From Bryobacterales bacterium (GTDB taxonomy: Bacteria; Acidobacteriota; Terriglobia; Bryobacterales; UBA6623), in the NCBI GenBank assembly GCA_963422375.2, contig OY729428.2, positions 1,728,001-1,792,000 of the forward strand: DNA of 64,000 nucleotides, written 5' to 3'. Shown here piece after piece: positions 38,588-50,889 of this stretch. Under the pieces are notes generated by a model that made no database searches, was not told the DNA's origin, and was given only the letters and a program-made list of their open reading frames with translations. A program made the translations under genes and the position numbers. The first letter of the stretch is position 1, and every line of letters begins with the position of its first letter.

Positions 38588-41450
38588 CAGCGATTCTCAA
38601 TTTGGGCATTTGGGATTTCCAGAGTGTCTGAGAAAGGTGTCGAAGGCAGTCTGGCACTTGACTTTTGCTAGCGGAATGTGTGAGCTAGGGTGAATGCCCC
38701 ATGTCCTGGACGCGCTGCTGAGCGCCTTCCGCGAGACGGCCGCCGGCCGGCCCGACCGGCGCGACGGTCGCCGCAACAAGCGCTACGAGGTCAGCGACGC
38801 CGCCGGTTGCGCCCCGGCCTGCTTCTTCACCCGGTGCGAGTCGTTCCTCGCGTTCCAGCGGCGCATGGAGCGGGACGGCTCGCGCTCCAACTGCCGGACC
38901 CTGTTCGGCGTGGGCCGCATCCCCTGCGACAACCGGATCCGCAACTTGCTCGACGATCTCGACCCGGCCGCGTGCGACCCGCTGTTCCGGCCGTGCCTCG
39001 CAACCGTGGCCGCGCAGGGCGCGCTCGAGCCCTTCCAGCGCCTCGACGAGCGCCTGCCGGCGGCTCCGGACGGCGTCCGGTTCCACCGCTCCGACAGGGT
39101 GCATTGCCCGCAGTGCTCGGTGCGGCGCGCCGGCAGCGAGCGCCGGCCGCATCACTTCCACGCCATGGCCGTCGGCCACGCCACGGTCCTGCCGCTGATG
39201 CCCGAGTTCGCGTGCCCGCAGCAGGACGCGGCCGCGACCCGCGCCGACATGAGCGAGGACGAGCGCAAGCAGGACTGCGAGCGCAACGCCGCCAAGCGCT
39301 GGCTCGCCGCTCAGGGCGCCTGGCTGCAGGCCTACCGCCCCGTCCTGCTGGGCGACGACCTGCACTGCTGCCAGCCGGTCTGCGAGGCCGCCGCGGCGGC
39401 CGGCATGGACTGCATCCGGGTATGCAAGCCCGGATCCCGCAAGCACTTGCACGAGGTGCCGGAGAGCCGGCGGGCGAGCGGCGCGGTGCGCTCGACCGGC
39501 TGGCTGCCGCGGCGCGGGAAGGGCAAGCGGTCCGAGCGGCACCGTTTCCGCCGGACGGCCGCGGTGCCCCTGCGCAAGGGCCGCGACGCCCTGCGGGGCA
39601 CTTGGATCGAGTACGCCGTGGAGCGCGACGGCAAGCGCACCTGCGCCAGCAGCTTCTTCGCCAGTCTCGCGGTCACCGCGGACAACCGCGGACAACGCGG
39701 AGCGGATCGCGCGCGCCGGCCGGGCGCGCTGGAAGATCGAGAACGAGGGCTGCAACTGCCTGGCGCGGCACGGCCGCAACTGCAAGCGCAACTTCGGGCA
39801 CGGCAAGGAAGGGCCGGCCAACGTGCCGGCCGTGCCGAACCCGTTCGCCTTCGCGCTCCGCGCCGTGGTGCAGTGCGTCTGCGCGCTGCGGCAGCAGTGC
39901 CGGCGCCAGCCGGTCACGCGCCGCGCCCTGTTCCGGGAGCTGCAGGTCGCGCTGCGCTGGTTCCGCTTCCCGGACCGGCCGACGCTGCTGGCAGCGGTGC
40001 GCGACGGACGCGCGCCTCCGGGCTGCCAGGCGGCCGGGGCCTGGATTCCGCGCAGTTTCGTGCCGGCAGCGTCCGGCCAGCGGCCGGCCGTCAAAGCCGG
40101 CTACCGCCGGAGTACGTCCGGCCGCGGGCTCGGCACTCCGCGGACCCGCGACGCGAGCCGCTCCACGGCCCTGCCCGCCGTCCGACGCTCCCGCGGGGCG
40201 GCCTCGGGAGCGCAACCTCTCGGTCAACTTATTCACCTCATCCTCCGAAACAACGTTCACGCACCCCCTTGACGGCTAAATTTAGGGAATTATATATCTG
40301 AGTGCCGAGGCAACCGATTTTGCAAATTATCAGTCCATAAATTAATTTCATATTTCTTCCAGAGATCTGTTGAAAGTCGGTGGATTATTTTGATAGAATA
40401 GTTCCAATATATGAGGTCGTATATGAAGCAGAAAGGTCCCGGGAAGTGGTTTCGTAAAGGCATCACTCTGATTGAAGTGATCGCCATATTCCGCGATGAC
40501 GAATCCGCGGAAAAGTGGTTCGCCTCCATGCGCTGGACCGACGGTCCGGTATGCCCCTTCTGCCGCGGCTCCAGCGTGCAGTCCGGCACGGCCCACCCTT
40601 CGATGCCGTACCGTTGCCGCGGCTGCGGCAGGCGCTTTTCCGTGCGCACCGGCAGCGTGATGGCCGACACCAAGCTCGGCTACCGCACCCGGGCCGTCGC
40701 CCTGTTCCTGCTGACTACCGGCATCAAGGGCGTCTCAAGTATGAAGTCAGGCACTCCGGCGGCGAGTACGTGCGCGGGGCAGCGCATGCGAACGGCATCG
40801 AATCGTTTGGGTCCCTGTTCAAGCGCGGCCTGTACGGAACCTATCACCGGATGAGCGTCCGTCATCTCGGCCGCTACCTGACGGAGTTCGCGGGACGGTG
40901 CAACGACCGCGACTGCGACACGGCGGAACGGATGCGGCGCATGGCGCGGGGCCTGGTCGGCCGGACGCTGACCTACCGGCAGCTGACCGGCAAGGCCGCG
41001 GTCGCGGCCCGAGCGGCGCCCTCCGAGCTGAGCGCCGCAGCCCGCTGCCGACGCACTCTTCACGCTCGATGCGCTTCACGCTCGGTGCGAGGGTCGCGCC
41101 GGCTCTGGAATCCCCCGGCGCGACCCGCGTCCGGCCCGGACCGTCCATGCAGGCCGTCGAGCGCCGGGGATCCGCTGTCTTCGGCCCTCGGAGGGCACGC
41201 AAGCGGCTTGCAAGGGGTGCCCTCCACCGCCAACCGGATTCCACCGGGGCATGCGAGGGGGCCTCTCTTATCCGTGCCTCGTCCATTCCGCTGGCAGGTT
41301 CGATTCAGATACGATCCCACTTTTCCGTGCCTACCGCGGCCGCATTCGAATGACCCCAGCCAGACGCCGACCTCCCTGCTCAGAGCAGTTCTCGTCGGAC
41401 ATGGCGTTGTCGGCACTCAGATATATAATTCCCTAAATTTAGAACCGCTG
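38588..41450 (+). mobile_element. ISNCY-family element with frameshifted transposase (38694-~40270); right TIR interrupted by IS1595
   Basis: PDRR.G.N..Y...D, FF..CESFLAFQRRM, LFGV..IP.DN.IRN.LD, KQDCERNAAKRWL, GRARWKIENE; left TIR CAGCGATTCTCAATTTGGGC versus reconstructed right end GCTAAATTTAGAACCGCTG. Confidence 0.8.
40285..41433 (+). mobile_element. IS1595-family element type A, internally deleted
   Basis: 24-bp TIR GGGAATTATATATCTGAGTGCCGA at both ends; 8-bp TSD TAAATTTA (40277-84, 41434-41); Zn-ribbon CPFC/CRGC kept, VEVDETY core deleted relative to the 53871 copy. Confidence 0.92.
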
Positions 41451-42333
41451 GTGTATGCCGCAAGGCCCGAAGACTCCGACGAATCCTCGAACTGTCCATT
41501 CCCCAAGTTCCGATAGAGCGTCGGCGCCTGCCCTCGGTACTTGTTGGGGTGGCAGTAGGAGCGGTATCCGGGCCGTCGCTCGCCGCAATGCAAGTTCCCT
41601 TCGGTGGACCAATCCAAGTAATTGGCGATCGCGAGGTCGAGCAGCCCGTCAAGGTCGTAATCGAACCACGCTGCGCTCGTCCCCCACTTGCCTTGATTGG
41701 ATGTACCGGCCTCTCGGTGACATCGCGAAACGTCCCATCCCCTTCGTTCCGGAGCAGGACCGACCGCCCATAGCCGCTTACGGCCAAGTCCGTGTCCCCG
41801 TCGTTGTCGAAGTCGCCCGCGGCTAGGCCCATCGCGAACAGGTGTTCCAGCCCGACTCCAGTTCCGGGCCCGGCCACCTCGAATTTCCCATCCCCGATTG
41901 CTCGATAAAGAGCACCGACTAACGGGCTGGGCGGATCGAACTTGTCTGTAGCCGCACTGTTGGCCAGATACAGATCAAGGTTGCGGTCCCCGTCATAATC
42001 GAGCCACGCGGCCCCGCCCCCCATAGTCTCGATCAGGTACTTGTCAGCAGTCGCGGCGTTCTCGTGAACGAAGTCGATTCCTGATTCCCGCGTTACGTCA
42101 ACGAATTCGACAGTCGCCCGCGCCAACGCGTCCTGGCAATTCGCGGGAGGCGTAGCGTGCCATGCGGACGCGCCAGCGAGCAGCAGCCGGATCGCGACCT
42201 GCCGCCCCCGGCCAAACCGTGGCACTGGGCTACCGGTCGCGAGCAGTTGCAAGCAGGCGCGCGATGCATAGTAGGCAAGATGTCCGTGCCGAGTCTGGCG
42301 TCTCGGCGGGGCGGTGGCCGTCTTAGTCCGCAT
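41451..42333 (-). pseudogene. CRTAC1/ASPIC-UnbV FG-GAP repeat protein, 5' part only, frameshifted and truncated by IS
   Basis: FVDVTRESGIDFVH, KYLIETMGGGAAWLDYDGD, AGDFDNDGDTD, YCHP..Y.G...LYRNLGNG. Confidence 0.85.
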
Positions 42334-43158
42334 GTTGAAGTGTTGGAGACCGCTGCAATCAGCGCGTCGAACCTATCCAGTCGTTCAGTCTGTCGCGTTT
42401 CGTCGGAATGGCCCGGCCGGGCAGGGCCACCCGAGGCTCGGGCAGGTCGGGGGGCTGGTGGCGACGAACGGACCGCGAGTGTCTCCGCCCGCGCACTGTC
42501 TCTAAGAGTCGGTCGCGACCCATGGTGTCCGACCATCGCGGGAAGTCCGAGTCTTTGAACGGCTGCAAGGCAAGGTCTCAATCCCGAAAACCCCCAGGAC
42601 AATCTCTGTGAATCAGAAGAAAAGCTCGCCTGCGTCTGATGCTCTCCTCGCGAAGACATCGGGACGGTGGCACACGCTGAAAGGTGCGTGTTGCCCAGCG
42701 AAGCGTTCATTCTTGGGGGATGTAGTCGAATCGAAGTGCCGGGGACTACCCTCGATTCCCGCCAGAATCCGCCTTAGAAGCCAACTCGGCTGGCACCGAG
42801 GGGCCTGCCGACCAGACCCCCTCGGTGCCAGGCTCGTTCAGGAGCAATGGGGTCAGAAGACGACCTTGACTCCGAACTGGATGTTCCGTGCGCCGAACGT
42901 GCTGGCGACTCGCCCGAAATTGCCGCTCTGCAGGCTGCCGTTCACCGAGCCTAGGTTGACGTGGTTGAAGACGTTGAAGAACTCCGCCCGCAGGTCGATA
43001 CGACCGCCCTCGCCGAGCAGCGGCACGCGAATCTGCCGTAGAAGGTTCAGGTCCGCGTTGGCGAAGCCCGGGTTTGTGAAGGTGTTGCGTCCCAGCGTGC
43101 CCGGGCGGACGGACTGCAGTTTCGGGAAATCCGCCGCGGTGAACAGGCCGTTTATGTA

Positions 43159-46082
43159 GTGCTTGTGACAAAACCATGATATTTTGGGGATTCTAGCTGA
43201 TAGATCCCGACCAAATGATAGCTATGGAAGAAACAAGCTGTGCCAATTAACCGCACTCATTGCCTTATATTCCATTTTCATTGTGAGGATACAGTTAGTT
43301 CTGTTCTAGTTGTACACTTTTCCTGAACCTTGTCTCTTCAAGGTTTCAATTCAGGGCAATTCAGATCGCTGCAGACTGCCTATGCAGCCAGCGGCAAGGG
43401 TCCCGTCTTGAGACGCTCCCTCTCTCTGTCGCGCTCTCTGTCGCGCACGATCCGGCCCACTCGATGCACGTTCGCCGCCAGGACCGCTAGCCCGATCATC
43501 CGCTCGAATCCCTCCGCTCCCCGGTCCGTCACCCCGTCCGGACCGCGGCACTCGAGATTGTTGATCGCGGACTCCACGGCCGGGTGCGCCTGCCTCGCTG
43601 CCGCGAATTCGGGCGCGCCTTCCGTCTCCTTCGCCGCCTTCGACCGCCTCCCCTTCCGCGGCATCGCGTGGCACGACAGCAGTTCCCCCAAGCGCGTCCG
43701 GTTCGCCGGGCTGTGAAAGCCCTTGTCGAAGCTGCAGCTCGACAGCCCCGCGTACAGCCCCTGCGCCCCCTCGACGATTCCCACCGCCACGTCCGCGTCG
43801 CTGCCCTTCCACGTCACTTCGTGATTCATCACGAATCGGTGCTCGCTTTCCACGATGCATACCGGCACGCCCGGCTCCACCGGCACCCCCGCTTTTCCTT
43901 GCACGCACCAGCGCGTGTGTTCCTCGAAGATCGAGAACACTTTCCCCTCGTGCGGGATCTTCTCCCCCCGCAGCACGCGCCGCTCCACCGGGTCCGCCAG
44001 GAGCTGCACGCACCCGAGGTAACTCCTTGCCGCTCCCAAGGTTCCCTCGTCTTCCCCGGCCCGCTCCAGGGCCGCCAGCGCACCCTCCGCCCGCCGCGCT
44101 ATCTCCAGGGCCGCCTCCAGGTACGACCGCACCCTCTCCGGGTTGGCTTTCCTCCTCTTCGCCTGCCGCACCCGGTTGAATTCCTGCTTCAGCGTCTTCG
44201 GCAGCCGCGCGCTCTGCCGCCAGCCGGCGATACCGCGCCCCTTGCACAGCGGCGCAATAGAGCGAATCAGGCAGCGCACCGCGTCCCATAGAAGACTCAC
44301 GTCCGTCGGGTAATGCACGTTCGTTTCCACCGCGAAAGAGTCGCACCGCGCCTTCAGCGGATCGCCTTCCTCGCACCCCGCCAGCGCGTGCCCTTCCTGC
44401 ACCACCAGCTGATTGATTTCCGCGAGGAGGTCGGGCGTGAGAAGCTTCGGATTCCGGTTGACTGTCCGGTAGCTGAAGACCCGCTCGTCGAGCGTCGCGT
44501 TCAGACCGAGGAAGCGCCGGACGTCCGCATGCTTGTTCGCCAGCTCCGTCACGCGGTCGCAGTCGCAATTCAATCCCTGCTTGAGCAGGCCCGGGACGAG
44601 AATGTTCCACAGCTGCATGCCGGGACGACCGAGGGCAGGGTTGATCCTGCCGGACTCGCCTGCGGAAGGATCGCTTCCGTTCCCGCCGTTCCCGCTACTC
44701 TCGCCGAGGCCGAGGATACGGCTCTCGAGCAGTGCGAAAACCCTGTCCCGCAACTCCTCGGTGCGATAGATAGATTGTATTCCTAGCAAGATGGCCGGGA
44801 TATCGTCGCGGGAACGGACGTCGGGATCGATATCCTCGATTGCAGTCCGGCCAAGGGTGAGCTGGATCTCCTGAACGGTCCTCACGGGCGGTTCCTCAAC
44901 GAAGATCCTGATTACCAACGAACGTCAGCCGAGGATAGGCTATACTGAAGGAGGTCGGAAATCTCTGATAGGAAAGGGGATAGCAGCTGAAACGCAATCG
45001 CGTGCAATGCCAGAAGGGACTCAGCCCGGGCAAGTTCCTGCAGCGCTACGGCAGCGAGGGGCCATGCGAGCAGGCCGTCTTCAAGGCCCGCCGGCCGGAC
45101 GGCTTCCGCTGCCCGGAGTGCGGCTCCCGCCGGCACTGCCGCATCCGCTCCCGCAAGCTCCGGCAGTGCCACGCCTGCCACCGCCGGACCTCCCTCGTCG
45201 CCGGCACGATCTTCGCCGCCACCAAGCTGCCGCTGACCGTCCGGTTCCTGGCGCTCCACCTGCTGACGCAGGGCCAGCACGGCGTTTCGTCGCTGGAACT
45301 GGCGCGGCAGCCGGGCGTGAGCCGGAACACGGCTTGGAAGGTGAAGCACAAGCTCCTGCAAGTGCTGAAGGAGCGCGACGAGCGCGTGCCGCCGGGCGGC
45401 ATCGTGCAGGTGGACGACGCCTACTGGGGCCTGCTGGGGCGGGGAGCGGACCGGCGGCAAGCGCGGTCGCGGCGCGGCGGGCAAGACGCCGTTCGTCGCC
45501 GCCGTGCAGGTCACCGCCGCCGGCCAGCCGGCAAGGATGCGCCTGAGCAGCGTGGCGGGCTTGCGCAAGAAGACGCTGGCAGCATGGGCCGGGCGGCACT
45601 TGCAGCCCGGCACGGAGGTGCATTCCGACGGCCCGGCCTGCTTCCGGGGCGTGGCCGACGCCGGCTGCGAGCACGTGCCGACCGTCACCGGAGGCGGGCA
45701 GCGGAGCTGCGGGGATTCCCGCTTCGTCCGGGTCAACGTCCGGGTCAACACGATGCTGGCGAACGTCAAGCAGTCCCTGGCGGGAACCTGCCATGCGCTC
45801 GACGGCAAGCACCTGCCGCGGTACCTCGCCGAGTTCCGCTACCGCTTCAACCGCCGCTACGATCTGGAGGCGCTGGTCCCCCGCCTGCTCCACGCCTCCG
45901 TGCGCACCCCGCCCAGGCCTTTCCGCCTCCTAACCTTGGCTGAGTCTTGTGGGTAATCAGGACGAAGATTGTCGCACAACCCCCGGAAACGCGCAAGCCG
46001 GCCCGGATCGCCCCGATCTTCGTCCCACGGACCTGCTGCAACCTCCCGGAAACTAAGGGCTTGCGCGTTCTGTCACAAGCAC
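43159..46082 (-). mobile_element. ISNCY-family (ISDol1-like) element, transposase ~44885-43380
   Basis: TIR GTGCTTGTGACA; 6-bp TSD TATGTA (43153-58, 46083-88); SRDDIP, GRPGM, RCDSFAVETNVHYPTD, SFDKGFHS, AVESAIN. Confidence 0.92.
44907..45961 (+). mobile_element. IS1595-family element type B (copy 1), frameshifted, nested in the ISNCY 5' leader
   Basis: TIR CCTGATTACC; 8-bp TSD ACGAAGAT (44899-906, 45962-69); start codon is CTG where the other copies have ATG. Confidence 0.92.
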
Positions 46083-48791
46083 TATGTAGTCCTGCCTGGA
46101 GGCTCCGTCGATCGAGCTTCCGAAAGCCGGGGTGTCCGGGTAATCGTTGTTGAGTCCGTCGGCGTTGAAGTCGCAGCCGTTGTTTCCGATCATGTTGCCG
46201 CTGTCGTCGAAGACCGGATTGAAGGGCAGCCCGCAGTTGACCGTGAACGGGGACCCAGTCTGCAGGATCGAGGTCAGCCCGAACTGCCATCCGCCGAAGA
46301 TCGCCTTGCCCGGGCCGTTCCGAAATGGCGACGGAATTTCGAAGATCAGGCTGGTCGCGAACTTCTGCCGCACGTCGAAGCGCGAGCGCCCGCGGTTCAG
46401 GCGCATGTTCGTCAGCTCGATCAAGTGCTCGCCAGAAAAGCTGCTGGCTGTGTCGATCGCCTTCCCGAACGTGTAGGCCCCTTGGAATAGCAGGCCATGC
46501 GCGAAGCGCTTCTTGAGGCTGAGGTTGCCTCCGTGGTAGTACGACTTGCCGTTGTTCTGGCCGTACGTGATGCTGCCGAAACTGGGGTTCAGGCGGTCCA
46601 GCCGCCCGTCCAGCAGATCGCCCGCGAAGCGGTTGACCTCGTAGTTCTGGTACAGTTTCGATCCCTGAGAGCCCACGTAGTTGGCTTCGACCGCCCAGTC
46701 GTTGCCCAAGGCGTACTGGATGCCGAAGAACCAGTTGATGGCGTATTGATTCTTCAGGTCCGGCTCCCATATCTGGATCGCCGCCGGCACGCCGACCAGC
46801 ACGCCGCGCTCGTCGAGCCCGATCTGGAGATCCGGCGGGCGCGGGAACTGCCACGGCGACTCCATGGTGCTGCTCAGGCCGTAGACCGGCTGCGCGTCGG
46901 TCTGCTTGCTGACGTCCGCCACCGCGAAGATCGGCAGGCTCGTGCAGCAGTCTCGGTAGAACTGGCCGCCGGGACGGTCGTAGAACATCCCCGCCCCGCC
47001 GCGGATGGACATCTTGCCCCGCCCGGTCGGGTCCCACGCGATACCGAGACGCGGCGCGACGTTGTTCATGTCGGTCGAGGCCAAAGGCGGCCCCTGCCTC
47101 ACGCCGACGTCGGCGATCCGCTCCGTGAAGTTGCTGCCGCCGCGAAAGTTGGCGCCGACGAAGATGGCGTCCAGGTCGGTCGGGATCGGGAAGGCCTCCC
47201 AGCGGACGCCCCAGCTGACGGTGAGATTGGGCCGGACCTTCCAGTCGTCGTTGACGAACATTCCGAAGTTCGTGAAGCGCGGGCGGAAGTCGAAGCCGCG
47301 TGCGTCGCCCGTGGCCGGGTCGAATCCGATGTTGCCGTGCGAGAACGGGTCGTCCAGGATGAAGTCCCAGGTGTTGTTGAAGCCGTAATTCGGACGCTCC
47401 CAGACCGCGGCGAACAGGGCGCCCGCGCCGGGGGAGCCGCTGTCGCAGTTGAAGTTCCCGCCGAACTTGAACGAGTGCGAGCCCTTGTTCCACGTGGTCA
47501 CGTTGCGCCACTGCTGGTTGTTCTGGATGAAGACCGCGTCGGAGAACCCTTGCCCGTAGCTGGAGATTCCGGGCACGTTGATCAGGGGAATCTCGCCGCG
47601 TCCGATGGGCGCGTCGCCCTCTGCGTGCTACCGGGACCACGAGAGCTCGTTGATGACGTTGGTCGAGATGATGCGGGTCCAGTTCAGGTTGGCGAAGGCC
47701 GTCCACTGCTCCTGCATTTTCGTGAAGGCCGGATAGACCGAGGGGTTGCCGAACAAGACCTGCTGATTGGTGGTTCGGGCCACGCTGCCGTAGATGCGGT
47801 CCCTGCTCTCGTTGAAGTTGTGGTCGATCCTAGTCGTCCATTGCAGGCCGTCCCGCGGGAGCGTCTGGGCGAAGGACCCGCGCTCGGTCACGGGGAAATT
47901 GCAGGGCATCATGCCGATGGGCGTCTCGATGGGAGTCGTGCCGGAGCAGTCCGAGCCGGCCAGCCCCCCGGCTGTCTGCGCAACTGCCTTGTTAGTCAGG
48001 ATGTCGGGAAACTCGTTCATCACCATGCTGCTGATGTTGTCCGGGTATCGCTGGCGCACGAAATCGGCGAACTGCCGGCTCACTACGGTGTTGCTGAATC
48101 CGGCCCCGACGCCGGAACGCAGGATGTCCATCGAGGCAAAGGCGAAGGTGCGGTTCCTGAGGATCGGCCCGCCGAGACTCCAGTTGGCCTCGTTGCGGCG
48201 GAACACCGGCACCTTGGGCTGAAAGAGGTTGCGTGCCTGCATCTTGTTGTTGGTGTGGTACCAGCCCAAGGTGCCGTGGTAGTCGTTGGTGCCTGACTTG
48301 GTGACCACATTGACGAGGACCGAGGAGTTCCGACCGTATTCCGCGGAGAAGTTGTTGACGGAGACGCGGAGCTCCTGCACGGAGTCGGCGTTTGGGTTGT
48401 GGTTGACGACGCCGCCGCGCGGGCTGGCGTTGACGGAGGCGCCGTCGACGTTGAAGCTGTTGGACTCGGCGCGCTGGCCGTTGCCGCTGAGGTTGACGCC
48501 GTACTCGGCCGAGAAGATGTCTCCGGTGGCCTGCGCGTAGGCCTGCCCGCCTCCGGACGGCAGGCCTACCACGCCTGGCGTGAGCACCACCAGCGTCATG
48601 AAGTTGCGCCCGACCAGCGGCAGGTCCGCGACCTCCATCTCCTCGATCTGCCCGGACACCTGCGCCTCGCCGGTCTCGATGAGCGGCGCTTCCGAGGTCA
48701 CGCTGACGGTCTCGGTAGTCTGGCCCACCTCGAGCTGGATGTTTAGGGTGGTGGTCTGCGCGACCTCTAGCGTCACCCGTTCCTGGACGTA

Positions 48792-49944
48792 CTGAGGGGC
48801 GCAAAAGTCGTTCTGGCCGTTCGCGCCCTCTGCTGAGACCAGTTCCGACACTTGAACGTGGTAGAATTGTTGCATGAATCCCTTCCAATTCGACGACTTT
48901 CGGCGACTCCATCATAAGCTTGAGATTACCGTTCGAAAGTTCGTCTTCACGCAATTCACGCTCGGCTATGTTCCGGAAGAACTCGCGATGAAATTCGGCA
49001 TCGGAACCGGAACGGTCAAGTCCTGGGTGGCTAGATTCATCGCCGGAGGCATGGGGGCACTGGATGATCGGCCCGGAACTGGACGCCCTCGCATCTTGAC
49101 CGAGGAGCACGCGCAGTGGATCTTCCATACCGTCGTCGATAAGAATCCCCGGCAGCTCAAGTTCGAGTTCGCCTACTGGACCGTCCAGAGAGTCCGCCGC
49201 GCTTTCATCGACGAGTTCGGCATCGACGCGAGCCGCTGTGCCATCCGCCGCGTCATGCGTCGGCTCAGGCTCACGCCGCAGAAGCCTCGCTTCCGGGCAT
49301 TCCAGCGCCGGACGGGGCAAGTCGCGCGATGGATTGACACGACATTCCCGGAAATCAAGCAGGAGGCCGAGCGGGAAGGGGCCTTGATCATGTTCGCTGA
49401 AGAGGCCGGAATGCGCTCCGACTATCACGTGGGACGGACGTCGAGAGTGCGCGGACAGACGCCCGAGGTGACCTGCACGGCCACGAAGTTTCGCTTCAAC
49501 ATGCTGGCAGCGATCAGCCCGGACGGCCGCATCCATTACATGCTGCACGAGGGCGCGGCGGATGCTGGAAGGTTCTGCTCGTTCGTGAAGCAGGTGGCGG
49601 AAGAGACCGGCAGGAAGGTGCGCTTCGTAGTGGACGGCTGCCGGATTCGCACGGCGCGAGAGGTGGCGAGTTTCCTCGAGAAGGAATTCGAGGACGGGCA
49701 CGTGAGGATTCGTATTCTTCCGGCGTACTCCCCGATGCTGAACCCAGCTGAGCTGCTACGGTCGCACGTGAAGCGGATGGTGAGCCGGAAATGCTTCAAG
49801 ACCGAGGACGAGCTGTTGCGCCTGCTCGAGGCGGAATTCAAGTCGCTAAGGGACTTGACTGACAAGGTGGCTCGCTTCTTCAAGGAGCCCGATTGCAAGT
49901 ACATTCTGGCGTGACCCGCCCGAGACGACTTTTGCGCTCCTCAG
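48792..49944 (+). mobile_element. IS630-family element, transposase 48874-49914
   Basis: 20-bp TIR CTGAGG(G/A)GCGCAAAAGTCGT; TA duplication; GRPR, YWT, LPAYSPMLNPAE. Confidence 0.93.
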
Positions 49945-50539
49945 TAGGTCTGGAACCCCTCCGCGCTTGCCGTGACCCGGTAGGTGCTGGCCGCCAAGGC
50001 GGTCGCGCGGTAGCGCCCGACACTCGAGGTCTCAAGCGTGCGAGTCGTGCCAGTAGCGACGTCCTCGATAATGACCTCGACCGCGGGAATCACGGCGTCG
50101 GTCGGATCGCTGATCGTTCCCTCGAGAATACTGCTGAACTGCGCCTGCAGGCCAAGTGTGCCGACCAGCAGCAGGACCAGTGGGCGGAGCATCCGCCCGG
50201 CGCGCCGCATACGGCGAGAAGCAGGACTCCCTGCCCGTGATCGATGATTCATTCGCTCTCCCTCTGGTCCTGGCGCTGCGGCTGGTCAGCCCCGATAGCC
50301 GCCAATATGGTAGAGCATTCCGGCTGGCGCATCGCTACACCGGATTACGCTGAACGGGGAATTCAGGGCTCACCACGAGGCCTGCCATTCAGTCCGACCG
50401 ATATTCATCCGTGTCTGCGAGCCAGCTCTTCGAGGGCCGAGCCACGAGGCACCTGAGGACCGGAGTTGCGAAGGCGGAGCAGCGTGCTTTGACCGTCACC
50501 GACCGGTGGGTAACGAGATCGGTCGGACCGGGGCACTCC

Positions 50540-50830
50540 AGCCCGAGATTCGTCGCCCGCAACGCCTTCGGCGTGACGCGGTGCAGGAGCGCCGTCAGTT
50601 TCTTCTCCCGCAGCTACCTGTTCACTGGCTGCCGTACGCGTTCGGTGCCGCTTGGCATGGATCCGCGACTCTGCGTCCAGCCCGAGTCGGCTGGTCCCGT
50701 CTTTCCCTTGATCCCGGCCATTCACTCCGGCGGCTCCGGCGGGACTCGCGCCCCTTTGGTCGCCGCCTTCGTCGCTACGACGCCCGGGTCTGACTTCTGC
50801 GCGCCGTGCATCCGCGACTCCGGCTCACGG
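50540..50830 (-). mobile_element. Group II intron remnant (domain II-III region and start of the RT/maturase ORF)
   Basis: Minus strand ATGCACGG..AGAAGTCAGAC..CGTAGCGACGAAG..GGAG..GGCCGGGATCAAGGG.., then the reading ERVRQP..EKKLTALLHRVT typical of intron IEP N-termini. Confidence 0.65.
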
Positions 50831-50889
50831 TGTAGGGGCCCACTTTGTTCAGTTGGATCACCGCCGTGCTTTCGCGAATTGGATTGATA

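Larger units (their letters stand above)
42853..50252 (-). pseudogene. TonB-dependent receptor (CarboxypepD_reg + Oar-like barrel) interrupted by IS630, ISNCY(+IS1595) and an in-frame TAG
   Basis: GTISDPTDAVIP.. EGFQTY|VQE across IS630; LPLVGRNF; TAG at 47628-30; QDY|INGLF across the ISNCY; ends GVKVVF* at 42853. Confidence 0.9.

Noticed and set aside
47628..47630. Pyrrolysine or stop-codon readthrough at the in-frame TAG
   Set aside because: The gene is already broken by IS insertions and TAG ends many intact genes here; a nonsense mutation is simpler
50540..50830. Retron or DGR reverse-transcriptase system
   Set aside because: No RT catalytic core (YxDD) or template/variable repeat pair; the motifs fit a group II intron fragment
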